From assembly GCA_002269645.1 (NCBI GenBank), contig NIVC01001778.1, positions 124,001-188,000 on the forward strand: DNA of 64,000 nt, written 5' to 3'. Below the pieces are notes generated by a model. The model ran no database searches. It had not been told where the DNA came from and saw nothing but the letters and a program-made list of their open reading frames with translations. Position 1 is the stretch's first letter, and the number at the start of each line of letters is the position of its first letter. This stretch comes from Macrostomum lignano. Its lineage: Eukaryota. Below are positions 35,147 to 49,549 of the stretch, piece by piece. The position numbers and the translations under genes were made by a program.

Positions 35147-35492
35147 CAGTGTCATAAGCGCAGTGTCATCTGTTATGAGCGCGCAGTGTCATAAGCGCAG
35201 TGTCATCTGTTATGAACGCGCAGTGTCATAAGCGCAGTATCATAATAAGCGCGCGGTATCATAAGCGCAGTGTTATAAGCGCGCAGTGTCATGAGCGCGC
35301 AGTGTCATAAGCGCGCAGTGTCATAAGCGCGCAGTGTCATGAGCGCGCAGTGTCATAAGCGCGCAGTGTCATAAGCGCGCAGTGTCATAAGCGCGCAGTG
35401 TCATAAGCGCGCAGTGTCATAAGCGCGCAGTGTCATAAGCGCGCAGTGTCATAAGCGCGCAGTGTCATAAGCGCGCAGTGTCATAAGCGCGC
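35147..35492. repeat. 16-bp minisatellite
   Basis: Unit CAGTGTCATAAGCGCG. Confidence 0.95.
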
Positions 35493-36188
35493 TTTTGCAG
35501 CACAAACGGTGAAAACTTTAACAAATGAAGTCATAGTCATCACTGCATATCCACTGACAATATCGTTATTAACAAATTTCACTATCATCTATGTCACGAG
35601 ATTCGATCTCCCGCTGATCCCGTTAAACTTTGGCACGACGCAGTGATAAATATTTATTCATATTTTAAACCGTTAATTTGTTGTCCCTGCTCAGACAATA
35701 GAATAAGCGAAATATCCAGCTGATTTTGACAGTTAAACTTCTCAAAAACGCACACGCACATCGGCGAGAGGTACCACGCTGTGCGGAGAGGCACCTCTCG
35801 CAGTGCCCGGCAGTCGCAGCTTCCAGCAGAGTCCAGCGGGACTCAGAGGCGCCTTCAGAGAGAAGCTTTTGAGAACTTGACTGACTTCAACGGGAAAGAG
35901 AGGTGAAACTTGTCGAGGAGGTGGCGGAGGATGGGTTGGGGGAGAGGGTCCGACAACTTGAGTCTGGTTCTGAGTAGCCCCACACCCCCTCCTACCCCCC
36001 GGCAGCCAATCCGAGCCCTTCCTCCGCCTCCCGCCTGTCCCAAGCCCCGCTCCCCAGCTCTCCTGAGCTCAAACTGCTCACAAAACCGATTGCCGCCAGA
36101 GAGCGGCAGCCACTTCATCCAGCATTTCAAAACTGGCCCGAGTCAGTGTACACTAACTATCGAAGTCCTAGTACAATAGCAAGCAGAC

Positions 36189-36855
36189 ATGTCAACTGAG
36201 CCCGACTCTGCCGACGAGCGACCCGCATCGTCTGCTTCAGCGCATCATCAGCAAAAGCAACAACACCAGCAACACCAGCAGCTGCCACCGCCGCCGCTGC
36301 TGCAAGCTGCCAGCGCGTCGCCTTCTTTGCCATCGTTTCTCGCCGTGAGAGCCGCTGCAGCAGCGGCCGCGGCGGCAGCCTCCAGCGCCTCATCAACTGC
36401 CAGCGGAGCCGCAGCTTGTGAGCCCGGCGCCGTCCTGAACTCGCCGCATCACCTGGCGCAGCATCCGCATTTCTTCTTGCCACCGCCTGTCGGAGCCTTC
36501 AGGCCGCCGCCGCCAGGATTTCTGGCTGCTGCCGCCGCTGCTGCCGCTGCCGCTGGCGGTCCGCCGCCCCATCTGCACCCGCTGCCGCACCCGCCGCACC
36601 CGCCGCAGCAGCAGCAACAGCAGCACCAGCAGCAGCAACAGCAGCACCAGCAGCACCAGCAGCAGCATCACCAGCAGCAGAGCTTTCCACATCAGCCTCC
36701 TCCGACGCCGCACCCGGCGTTTCTACCGCCGCACGTCTCTGCCGCAACGGCCGATTTGATCTACAAGGCCACGGCGGCTGGGGCGGATCCCAGGCAGTTC
36801 CTGCCGGCTTCGCTCTTCTTCCGGGAGGAACCAAAGCCAAATCACAGCTATATTG
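36189..36855 (+). CDS. foxQ2: FoxQ2-type forkhead transcription factor, exon 1 (polyQ/A/P/H N-terminus to EEPKPNHSYIG)
   Basis: ATG 36189; ends FREEPKPNHSYI-G at donor GTGAGT 36856 (phase 1). Confidence 0.88.
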
Positions 36856-36874
36856 GTGAGTCATAGTTCTAACA

Positions 36875-37680
36875 CCGCTCTCTCCCGATCCTTTTCGCTC
36901 TCTCCCGATCCTTTCCGCTCTCTCCCGATCTTTTCCGCTCTCTCCCGATCCTTTTCGCTCTCTCCCGATCCTTTTCGCTCTCTCCCGATCCTTTCCGCTC
37001 TCTCCCGATCCTTTCCGCTCTCTCCCGATCTTTTCCGCTCTCTCCCGATCCTTTTCGCTCTTTCCCGATCTTTTCCGCTCTCTCCCGATCCTTTCCGCTC
37101 TCTCCCGATCTTTTCCGCTCTCTCCCGATCCTTTTCGCTCTCTCCCGATCCTTTTCGCTCTCTCCCGATCCTTTCCGCTCTCTCCCGATCTTTTCCGCTC
37201 TCTCCCGATCCTTTTCGCTCTCTCCCGATCCTTTTCGCTCTCTCCCGATCCTTTTCGCTCTCTCCCGATCCTTTCCGCTCTCTCCCGATCTTTTCCGCTC
37301 TCTCCCGATCTTTTCCGCTCTCTCCCGATCCTTTTCGCTCTCTCCCGATCCTTTCCGCTCTCTCCCGATCCTTTTCGCTCTCTCCCGATCCTTTCCGCTC
37401 TCTCCCGATCCTTTCCGCTCTCTCCCGATCTTTTCCGCTCTCTCCCGATCCTTTTCGCTCTCTCCCGATCCTTTCCGCTCTTTCCCGATCTTTTCCGCTC
37501 CCTCCTCCAATCTTTTCCGCTCTCTCCCGATCTTTTCCGCTCTCTCCCGATCTTTTCCGCTCTTTCCCGATCTTTTCCGCTCTCTTCCTATTCTTTCCGC
37601 TCCCTCCTCCAATCTTTTCCACTCTCTCACGATGTTTTCCGCTCTCTCCCTCTCTATCTTTTCCGCTCTCTCCCAATCTC
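36875..37680. repeat. 20-bp pyrimidine-rich intronic minisatellite
   Basis: Unit CTCTCCCGATCTTTTCCGCT. Confidence 0.95.
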
Positions 37681-38269
37681 GTATACGCAACGCAAGTATA
37701 TAGACACCGAATCCAGCAAGTTCGCACATGAATATGAATATTTATCAACAGACAGGGACATTTTGCACCAATTTTAATCCTTGCAATGAGTACAATTATA
37801 ATATCTGTTCTAATATAATCTCCCTCAGGTTACATGCATACATATATTAGGAACATTTTATCGATTTAAAAGCAATACACGCTCTCTATTGTATGGAATA
37901 TCACAAAGAATTGTCTAATAATTGTTACTGAGGTCTTAGCGATCTAATCAGGGAGACAGAGTGCATGTCGCGACTTGGCCCTCCAGGGTATTTCTAAGCC
38001 ATAACCTGTTTGGGCAGTTGTTAGTTGCGCTCAATACGTATGGCTACATGTATTGAAATCGTAGCAAGATCGTACCATGGCTCTGGGCACCCAGTGCATG
38101 TGCAACAATTCCAAACCTATTTTGGAGGGAATATGATCGGGGAGATTTAATGCTGTCAATGCCGATTAAAATTATTTTTCGAAAAGCATAGCATTGGACG
38201 TAGTATAAGCATGAGGTGTTACAGATGCCCTGGCACACTAATCCTTATGAGGGTACCTCATAATGATTG

Positions 38270-38765
38270 TGTGTCTGCCTGTCTGTCTGTCTTTCTGTCT
38301 GTCTGTCTTTCTGTCTGTCTGTCTTTCTGTCTGTCTGTCTTTCTGTCTGCCTGTCTGTCTGTCTGTCTGTCTGTCTTTCTGTCTATCTGTCTGTCTGTCT
38401 GTCTGTCTTTCTGTCTGCCTGTCTTGGTGTCTGCCTGTCTTGGTGTCTGCCTGTCTTGGTGTCTGCCTGTCTTTCTGTCTGTCTGTCTGTCTTTCTGTCT
38501 ATCTGTCTTTCTGTCTGTCTGTCTTTCTGTCTGTCTGTCTTTCTGTCTGTCTGTCTGTCTTTCTGTCTGTCTGTCTTTCTGTCTGTCTGTCTTTCTGTCT
38601 ATCTGTCTTTCTGTCTGTCTGTCTTTCTGTCTGTCTGTCTGTCTTTCTGTCTATCTGTCTTTCTGTCTGTCTGTCTTTCTGTCTGTCTGTCTTTCTGTCT
38701 GTCTGTCTGTCTTTCTGTCTGTCTGTCTTTCTGTCTGTCTGTCTTTCTGTCTGTCTGTCTGTCTT

Positions 38766-38812
<47 letters not shown>

Positions 38813-38825
38813 TTCTGTCTGTCTG
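38270..38825. repeat. (CTGT/CTTT)n microsatellite in foxQ2 intron 1
   Basis: Direct reading. Confidence 0.95.
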
Positions 38826-38862
38826 TGCAGCATCATTAAATATCCCCCATCACAATTCCCAG

Positions 38863-39027
38863 GCCTGATCGGCATGGCCATCCTCAGCTCCAAGGAGAGG
38901 AAGATGGTGCTCAGCGACATCTACCAGTGGATTCTGGACAACTATCCCTACTTCCGCACCAGAGGTCCCGGCTGGAGAAACTCGATTCGGCACAATCTGT
39001 CGCTAAATGACTGCTTCGTCAAAGTTG
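38863..39027 (+). CDS. foxQ2: FoxQ2-type forkhead transcription factor, exon 2 (forkhead core)
   Basis: Acceptor TTCCCAG; [55 protein letters not shown]; donor GTGAGT 39028. Confidence 0.93.
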
Positions 39028-39525
39028 GTGAGTACCCTACTCAGCGCTGAGCTGCAATAGGACACAGCAGCGCTGTTAATTTGAGCAGTTTTTGCACAGA
39101 CGCCAAGATTTCCAGTTTTGATCTGATTATTAAACCACTCGGTGCCCGCATAATCTTCTCTTTACAAGAATTGAGTAAGAGCAATTATGGGGCTTCGGAG
39201 CTCGAAGGACTCAAACTGGAGTTTATTTGGCAACAATGGGAGCTGGCCCTACTAAACACTCGTTTGGAGGGGCGCCATAAAACTGCCGTGTAATTCTAAG
39301 CCAAGCCAACAACGGAAAAAGCAGAGCCACGATGTGGCGTGAAAGCAAAGTGGATGCCACCTACCAGTGCTCGGAGGACTCCGCCCCTTTTCCACTAAGC
39401 CAAGCTTGCCTTCAACAACTAATAAGTTTGCAATTTGGCCCGGTGGGTGGTCGGCGGCAGGGGGCTGAGTTTGAGCTTGCCTGAGTCTGCTTGGGTTCTG
39501 CCTTCCTAACTTGCTGTCTGGGCTG

Positions 39526-39840
<315 letters not shown>

Positions 39841-41619
39841 ACAGACTGTCACTTCCCCCATGACAGACTGATTTACTGATTTGACTGACAGGTGCTCAGA
39901 CAGGTGAAGTCTGCCTGTCCCGCACCCCATAAAATGCAGAAGCGCCCAGAGTGGGAAGTTTGGCAAACATAATTGATGTGTTTTTCTCACTCTGCGCCCC
40001 CAGGATTTGCCTGTCATTCCCAGCAACAAGCAGGCAAAGCCAACTTGAGGACTCTCCAGTCGAAATACAAAAGAAAAGTAAAAAATTATTAATCAGCTGC
40101 TTCTCTTGCAAACAGGGAAAGGAGGACACGGGGACTTCTTGCTACTGTTGGAATTTTGGGATCCCAGATTAGAGGCTCACCAAATCCCGAGTCCGCACAA
40201 TTTGGGGATGAAAGATTAGCCATGGTTCAGAGCAGGCGATCGCAGCTGGTCTCAAAAACTTATCAATATTGATGGGGCAGCACTGTCTGCCCGTCACGAT
40301 TCCAGTTTTATATAAAAGCCTGTCTTCTTTTGAATTTACAAATAAGACCCAGAGAACCAAATATAGCACAACAACCTGTGAATAATTCAACAGCGTTAAC
40401 ACCTGCTCCACAGTAGCGTGAAGGCAGCTCATGGGAGCCTTCACTTGGCCCCGTCTTTACTCACTGCTGTGTGTTGAATGACTGTTTAAATAGGAATTAA
40501 TGGGCAGTGATCTGATCTTGGTGGTGAAACAGTTTTGTGGGGGGATTTTAGGGATTACAACCAAGAGTCTGGAGTGACACCCCTCACTAGACGGACCAGT
40601 AGAGAAAATACTAACGATTGAATTATGAGATATTTAAATTAGAGTTAAATTGAATCTAAGATAAGCCAGTAAGTGGGCGCAGGGCAAGTATAAACAAGTA
40701 TATTTATATGACTAATTTAGAGGGGGCTTGACTCCAGATAATAAGGAGAGGGGTGAAGTGCGCGACTGAAGAGAGAGGCGAGAATGGAGAGCCAATCAGA
40801 AGGCAGCAAGGGAGAGAGAGAGATAAGAATAACAAGATTGAGCTAGACAGAGAGAGAGAGTAAACAGAGTAAACAGAGACAAGTGAAGGTGAACTAAGAA
40901 ATGACTAGGAAAGTCGCGACAGGACCCACTAGAAAGTCAAGGGTTCGCTGTACATCCTGTGTGAGCGTGTGTACGAGTGAGTGCCAGCGTACGGTATTGG
41001 CGAGCTTGGATGTGCCCAGTAGTCAGCGGAGAGAGCAGAATTGTTGCTATTATAAAATATAAATTACGTGCTCCACAATTGTCTGAGCATAGGTCTCGGG
41101 ATGTCGGTGCTGAGTCCTTTTCAAGACATCCGCAATTAATTATTAACGAGCTGAAGAGGCCCCAGCCCGCTCCATTCTAATAATTTCTCCTTATAAAAAA
41201 TCTGTGAAAAGAGAAGCGCCTTCGTGTTTTGTAGGGCCAAAGCGGCCCAGCAAAATTCATAAATATTTTTGTCAAGTTAAACAAAAAACTGCTACATTTG
41301 AATTTTTTAAGCTTTTTGTTGAACTATCTAATGAAAATATCTAGAAATAGCTATAGGCAAAAAAGAGAATTAGGCTACCAATATGTTAGACCAGGTGTTG
41401 CAGATGGCAGCTCGAGATGGCAAAACAGAAACAAGAAGAAAAATGCTTTATTTCATGGCTCTCTCAGATCCCCATAATTAGATATCCCTTATTAGCAAGG
41501 CAAAAAATATTGAACCAGCCCCATTTCCTTTTTGTTGATCTGATTTTGCTCAGCTGTGTTGGATTAGCCAAATAAGCAATTAAATTACCTTTCTGTTCAG
41601 TGTTGGGCACCGCGAAAGA

Positions 41620-42340
41620 TGAAGGATACCAAAAGGGGAAAAGAATCCCAAATAGGGGAAAAGAATACCAAATAGGGAAAAAGAATACCAAATAGGGAAA
41701 AAGAATACCAAATAGGGAAAAAGAATACCAAATAGGGAAAAAGAATCCCAAATAGGGAAAAAGAATACCAAATAGGGAAAAAGAATACCAAATAGGGAAA
41801 AAGAATACCAAATAGGGAAAAAGAATACCAAATAGGGAAAAAGAATACCAAATAGGGAAAAAGAATACCAAATAGGGAAAAAGAATACCAAATAGGGAAA
41901 AAGAATACCAAATAGGGAAAAAGAATACCAAATAGGGAAAAAGAATACCAAATAGGGAAAAAGAATACCAAATAGGGAAAAAGAATACCAAATAGGGAAA
42001 AAGAATACCAAATAGGGAAAAAGAATCCCAAATAGGGAAAAAGAATCCCAAATAGGGAAAAAGAATCCCAAATAGGGAAAAAGAATCCCAAATAGAGCAA
42101 AAGAATCCAATAAAGGGGAAAATAATCCCGAATAGGGGAAAAGAACCCCGAATATGGGAAAAGAATCCCAAAGTTGGAAGAATCCCAAAGCTAGAATAGT
42201 CCCAAAAGGGGAAAATAATCCCAGATTGGGGAAAAGAATCCCGAATAGGGAAAAGAATCCCAAAAAGGGAAAATAATCTCGAATAGGGGAAAAGAATTCC
42301 ACATAGGGGAAAAGAATCCCAAAGCTAGAAGAATCCCAAT
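41620..42340. repeat. 20-bp minisatellite at the end of foxQ2 intron 2
   Basis: Unit AAAAAGAATACCAAATAGGG. Confidence 0.95.
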
Positions 42341-42382
42341 TCAGCAAAACTCTTCACGACAAACACCCCCGCCCAAATCAAG

Positions 42383-42867
42383 GCCGCTCCTCCAACGGCA
42401 AGGGTCACTACTGGTCGATTCACCCGGCCAATCTCGACGACTTTAAGCGAGGCGACTTCCGCCGGCGTCGGGCCCAGCGCAAGGTGCGCAAAGCGATGGG
42501 GCTGGCCTGCCCCGACGAGGAGGACACGCCGACCCCGTCGCCAACCGGCCCCGACAAATGCTTCGACTGGCAGGCCGCAGCCGCCATGGCAGCCGCTGCC
42601 GCAGCGGCCGGCGCAGATTTCGGCCTGCCAATGACGTCATCGTTTCCGCCGGCGCCGTTTCTGCAACATCAGCAGCAGCAGCAGCATCAGCCGCCGTTCC
42701 AGACTCCCCAGCAACAGTTTCTGGGCAACTTTGACGCCACTCCGGTGGTACGACGGAAGCGAGGCTTCGACATGGCTAGCCTACTGGCTCCGGAGGAGGC
42801 GTCTACGCCGCCAACGTCGACAATGTCGAGAGCGACTCGACCGCTTCTGTTGAACACGAGCTCTTGA
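42383..42867 (+). CDS. foxQ2: FoxQ2-type forkhead transcription factor, exon 3
   Basis: Acceptor TCAAG at 42378-42382 restores G-RSSNGKGHYWSIHPANLDDFKRGDFRRRRAQRKVRKAMG (fd102C/FoxQ2-like); C-terminal eh1-like RGFDMASLLAP; stop 42865-42867; spliced CDS 1317 nt = 438 aa. Confidence 0.9.
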
Positions 42868-42969
42868 GCAGCCGCCGCGAGCTTGAGTTAATGGCTCGGA
42901 TTAAATTTTTTTAAACATTGCTTTGTTGTGGTTGATACTTAGATTCTTCTCATCGCTAATTCAGATTTA

Positions 42970-43360
42970 TAAATCCCAATCCCAGATCCCAATTAATAAT
43001 AAAAAGTCTCAAAGTCCCAAATCTAAACCAAATTTTTCAGCCCCGACATATTAGGTCCCTAATCCGAAATCCCACATTCACAATCCCAGAATCCCAAAGT
43101 CCTAAAGTCCCAGAATCCCAGAATCCCAAAATCCCGAATCTCAAATCCCAAATCCCAAATCCCAATCCCAAAATCCTAAAATCCAAATCTTGAATCACAA
43201 ATCCCCGAAATCCCGAATCCCAAAATCCCAAAATCCCAAAATCCCAAATCCCAAATCTCAAATTCCAAAATCCCAAATCACAAAATCCCAGAATCACAAA
43301 ATCCCAAAAATCCCCAAATCCCATATCCCAAATCCCGCATCCCAAATAAAAAATCCCACA
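42970..43360. repeat. Degenerate AATCCC-rich simple repeat
   Basis: Runs of AAATCCCA / AATCCCAG. Confidence 0.85.
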
Positions 43361-44044
43361 TTCAAGCTCACACAGTTTCCTGTAAAACTACTCAGCTAGT
43401 CAAGGCGCCTGATCGGCAAAAGTGTACGCAAGCACCCCCTCTGATTGCGTCGCAGTGTCCGGATGCAAGGCATCAAAGTATTCCAAATAAATATGAATAC
43501 ACTTGTTCGCTTTTAATCTATTCGAACGCGTTTGAGCTTTCTAAGAAATGTTTCATTGTTCGGCCCCTCCCTAGTCACAGTTCTTGCTTAACTCGTTAAA
43601 GTTTAAAACAAAATCACGTCTCTGTTTATTAATAAGAATATTATTAAAAGTCTTTTGTTTTAATGCTTGTTTTACTTCCTTTGTTTTACTGTTTTTGTTT
43701 GAACTTGAAGCAGTTTTGTTAAACAAAAATGTTTATATAATGTAATTATTGCTTGAAAACAAGTTTTGAATGCAAATTTTTCATTGATTTAATAAACAAT
43801 GCTCGTATTAAAAATGGCAGTAAACGTCACAATTATGAACGAAGATATTAACAATAATAATTATCATTATTAATAAATACACTTATCGCACGTTCAGTCC
43901 CTGCGCAGTTAATGCCTGGGCTTGCAAATTTGTCGCAGAAAAATTTATTGTAGATAAAAAAATTCGCTCAATTTGGACTTTCATATTTGATTGAATCTGA
44001 AAATGAAATCTACCGTATTGTTTTGTGATGAACTCTTCTTTCAT

Positions 44045-44690
44045 CACATTCTCTCCTCCTCCCTATCTTTTCGCTCCCTTCTCCCTTCTCTCCGCTCCCT
44101 TCTCCCCTTTCTCCTCTCACTTCTCCCCCTCTCCTCTCTCTTCTCCCCTTTCTCTCCGCTCCCTTCTCCTTCCTCTCCGCTCCCTTCTCCCATCTTTCCG
44201 CTCCCTTCTCCCCTCTCTCCTCTCCCTTCTCCCCTCTTTCCGCTCCCTTCTCCCCTTTCTCTCCGCTCCCTTCTCCCCTCTTTCCGCTCCCTTCTCCCCT
44301 CTCTCCTCTCCCTTCTCCCCCTCTCCTCTCCCTTCTCCCCTTTCTCCTCTCCCTTCTCCCTTCTCTCCGCTCCCTTCTCCCCCTCTCCTCTCCCTTCTCC
44401 CCTCTCTCTCCTCTCTCTTCTCCCCTTTCTCTCCGCTCCCTTCTCCCCTCTCTCCTCTCCCTTCTCCCCTCTTTCCGCTCCCTTCTCCCCTCTCTCCTCT
44501 CCCTTCTCCCCTCTCTCCTCTCCCTTCTCCCCTCTTTCCGCTCCCTTCTCCCCTCTCTCCTCTCCCTTCTCCCCTCTCACTCCGCTCCCTTCTCCCCTTT
44601 TTCCGCTCCCTTCTCCACCCTCTCTCTCCGCTCTCTTCTTTCCTCTCTCCGCTCCCTACTCCTTTTTCTCTCCTCCCTTTCCTGTCTGCT
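44045..44690. repeat. Polypyrimidine (CT-rich) minisatellite
   Basis: Units CTCCCTTCTCCCCTCTCTC / TTTCCG. Confidence 0.93.
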
Positions 44691-45754
44691 CACACCCCCA
44701 TTAAATCTCAGACTGCACTCTCCGTCTTCTCTTCAATCCCATTAAGGCAGCCACAATGTCCATTGTTGGGGCAAACAACCCCAACCCCCAATCAAAGTGA
44801 GTGACAGTTGTCGTGTATTTAAAAAACCTTGATTCCCTCAACTTTCACTAGACTGAACCAGACTGAACCCTTCACAATGGCATTCAGCATAGCGAGAAAG
44901 TCGCCCCAGTCTTGTTCCGGGTGCAGAAACTCTCAATTTTTTTGCTTGCTAAAGAAATCACAGCCAGTTGGTGCTGATGAAGGTGGCTGAGGCAAAGATG
45001 CTGGCGGATGTTGCAGTAATCCCAGAAGAGGATATTTAAAAATGAATCTCAGTGAATTGCTTTAGTAGAAATGTTTTATACAAACTGGGCCTGCAGCTAT
45101 AAGAATACAGAGTTGATTTTTTACAAAACTCTTTCAATAAAATTGAATTCATAATCTTTTTTTGCCAGTCAGACTGGCAGACGGGGCTCTGTAGCCGGAA
45201 ATGCAGAAGTGGGTATAAGATTGAGAGCTAGTAAAAGCTACCGTAAAGGATCTGTAAGCTGACGGCAAGCTCTCTCTCTCTCTCTCTCATTCTCTCACTT
45301 CGGTAAGAGCCACTTTCCCGTCATCATAAATTTGCCCAGCCTCCGGAGGCCTGATCAGACCTGACAACGTGAGCCCCATCGGAGTGGCAGGCAGGGCAGG
45401 CATTTCCCTAAATAATTTGCCAAGCATTTGCACCACACTTTGCGTTGAAAAACTCTCTAGGAAGCTGGGCGGGCTGGCTAATAGGATCAAGGAAGCACGC
45501 GAGGATGTTGGGAGCTCGAGATCAGCTAGACCGGGGGCAGAAAAAGTGGCAAAATTAATCGAGAAAGATCGAGAGTTAGGATTGTGACAGATTTTGAGCA
45601 AATTAAATTGACTGTTGGGGATTAAGTCAGAGAATCACGGAACCTGAAGATTTTTTACACTCTGATATTTTTGCTTCTGAATGCGCAGAGTTTCTTTTGG
45701 GTATTTTCTTTATTTCAGCAAAATCTTAAATTATGTCAACTGTGGATACATCAT

Positions 45755-46530
45755 AGATAGATTAGAGATCGATCACAGATAGATTAGAGATCGATCACAG
45801 ATAGATTAGAGATCGATCACAGATAGATTAGAGATCGATCACAGATAGATTAGAGATCGATCACAGATAGATTAGAGATCGATCACAGATAGATTAGAGA
45901 TCGATCACAGATAGATTAGAGATCGATCACAGATAGATTAGAGATCGATCACAGATAGATTAGAGATCGATCACAGATAGATTAGAGGTAGATCATTGAT
46001 AGATTAAAGATGTTTAGAGATATATTAGAGATAGATTAGAGATTAGAGATAGATTAGAGATACATCTAATCTAGGAGATCCCAGACAGATCGCACATAGA
46101 TCACAGATAGATCAGAGATATACCACCGATAGATCACAGATAGATCAGAGATAGATCAGAAATAGACCAGAGCAGATAGATCACAGATAGATCACAGATA
46201 GATCACAGATAGATCAGAGCAGATAGATCACAGATAGATCAGAGATAGATCAGAGCAGATAGATCACAGATAGATCACAGATAGATCATAGATCACAGAT
46301 AGATCAGAGATAGATTAGAGCAGATAGATCACAGATAGATCACAGATAGATCACAGATAGATCACAGATAGATCAAGGATAGATTAGAGCAGATAGATCA
46401 CAGATAGATCAGAGATAGATCAGAGATAGATCAGAGATAGATCAGAGATAGATCAGAGATAGATCAGAGCAGATAGATCACAGATAGATTACAGATAGAT
46501 CACAGATAGATCTGAGATAGATCAGAGATA
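45755..46530. repeat. GATC/GATA-rich minisatellites (22-bp unit, then about 10-bp units)
   Basis: AGATAGATTAGAGATCGATCAC about 10 times, then GATAGATCACA / GATAGATCAGA. Confidence 0.92.
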
Positions 46531-47129
46531 GACCAGGGTTGACCAGAGAGAATAGATGGCACAACTGCCTGACTATTTGACTGACCAAATTTCTAGCCAA
46601 AGAACGGATACTGCAATAATTAGTCATCCACACGGAGAAGATAATTACTCTGGTCTCAAATAGAAAAGTCAAATCAGCCCGGGTCTCCTTGCTTGAAAGG
46701 CAACAAGCACAAAGACGAACGGACTGGGAGCTCCTTGTTTCAATTCCTGCATTCTGAATTTTTAAACATCATTTTGGACCTGTAATTCCCAGAAAGACTA
46801 CAATTTGCTTATGTTGGGGCATCAACTCCTGAAGGATAGACACAGTCGGCTTAGTGAGTGAATTTTTCTTCCCAGAAGACATGGCCAGTTAAATTGATAT
46901 CTTGTGTTCCAACTCAAAAAATTGGGCAATATTGTCCCGGAGCATGGCAACTCATACTCTCGATTTTGAGACAGCGCTTGGCGCCAAAATTCTTAATTAG
47001 GGGGGGGGATTTTTTAATTCTCTCGGGCAGCGGCGTTGAGGCCTGAGCTGAATGGTGAGGGGGTTCAGCCGTGACATCAGTTATGATCTCATCAGCTGAT
47101 ATCCGCCTGATCCACCGCTTGATTTCGGC

Positions 47130-48060
<931 letters not shown>

Positions 48061-48514
48061 ATCTGTGCTGAGCCTCGCTCTCCAACCAGCGCACCAAGAA
48101 GTCACCGAGCGCCCCGGTGGCCAGCTCTGAAATGGATCGCCCAAGGGGGCAGTCGAGTCCCAAAGTCTTTCAACTCCCCCAGTCCACTTTGCATTCGATT
48201 TTGACTCGATCAGTATGCAGCTCTGGCGGCTGTATTTTCACTTGGCCATTATGAAGGATAATATTGTTAAATCGTTGTCCCATCAGGGGGTGGCGCGAGA
48301 TATCCCCAGTTAATTCTGTGCCGATCCCAAAGACTGGGCCAGGCCCCGGGGCTCGGATTCGGGTCCGGATTGCTGGTGTGAAAGTTGCTTCAAATTGTCT
48401 CAAAAATCTTCACCGATCCCCTTGGGGGAGCAGAGATTTGCATCTGGTTACTTTGGAGTGAAAGCAGAAAATTCTGCCTCAGCTGACAGCTGCCAAGTCT
48501 TCTGCGAGTTGGCT

Positions 48515-49065
48515 TTACAGTAGCGTTCATTACAGCAGCATTGATTACAGTAGCATTGATTACAGTAGCATTGATTACAGTAGCATTGATTACAGTAGCA
48601 TTGATTACAGTAGTACTCATTACAGCAGCATTGATTACAGTAGCATTGATTACAGTAGCATTGATTACAGTAGCATTGATTACAGTAGCATTGATTACAG
48701 TAGCATTGATTACAGTAGCATTGATTACAGTAGTACTCATTACAGTAGCACTTATTACAGTAGCACTGATTACAGTAGCACTGATTACAGTAGCACTTAT
48801 TACAGTAGCACTGATTACAGTAGTACTCATTACAGCAGCATTGATTACAGTAGCATTGATTACAGTAGCATTGATTACAGTAGCATTGATTACAGTAGCA
48901 TTGATTACAGTAGCATTGATTACAGTAGTACTCATTACAGTAGCACTTATTACAGTAGCACTGATTACAGTAGCATTGATTACAGTAGCACTCATTACAG
49001 TAGCAATCATTACAGTAGCACTCATTACAGTAGCACTCATTACAGTAGCAATCATTACAGTAGCA
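48515..49065. repeat. 15-bp minisatellite, about 36 copies
   Basis: Unit ATTACAGTAGCATTG. Confidence 0.95.
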
Positions 49066-49549
49066 GGCACAATGCATTGTGATATCTACATGGCACAAGC
49101 AGACTTCATTGCCAACTTAGCAGACTAATAGGCACATATGCTTATTATTAAAACAGTAATATGAGATTCATGGAGTGTGGAACTAGCAACACACAGCTAT
49201 GCTCAATGTACACAATGCCACAACAGACAATAACTGTCATTCGATAAACTCAAACCTCAGCGGGCGGTCTTTATCAATGCGAAAATATTGTAAGCCTCTC
49301 ATAACCTATACTTTATATCTGATTACCATAGAATGGCGGTGAAAATTATTGCGTTGTACTGATTGACAGGAATATTGATTGGAATTGGGCGGAGAATGAC
49401 AATTTCTGCAAAATGTTGTCCAACTGCCAAATATGCGGGCCGAACAAGATTAGCGCTCTGTTATTATTAGTCTGGGTTCGAGCAGATTTTAGCGTCATCT
49501 TAACTTCAACTATAACCTCACGCTTTCAAACTGCATGAGGTCAATGTCC

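Noticed and set aside
40536-41077. Possible solo LTR (TGTGG...CCACA, CCAAT and TATA-like boxes)
   Set aside because: No target-site duplication at these ends and no similarity to the LTRs in the window.
48448-49098. Cys-rich (CYCNQ)n ORF resembling metallothionein or keratin-associated protein
   Set aside because: Pure translation of a 15-bp minisatellite; other frames give equally long junk ORFs.
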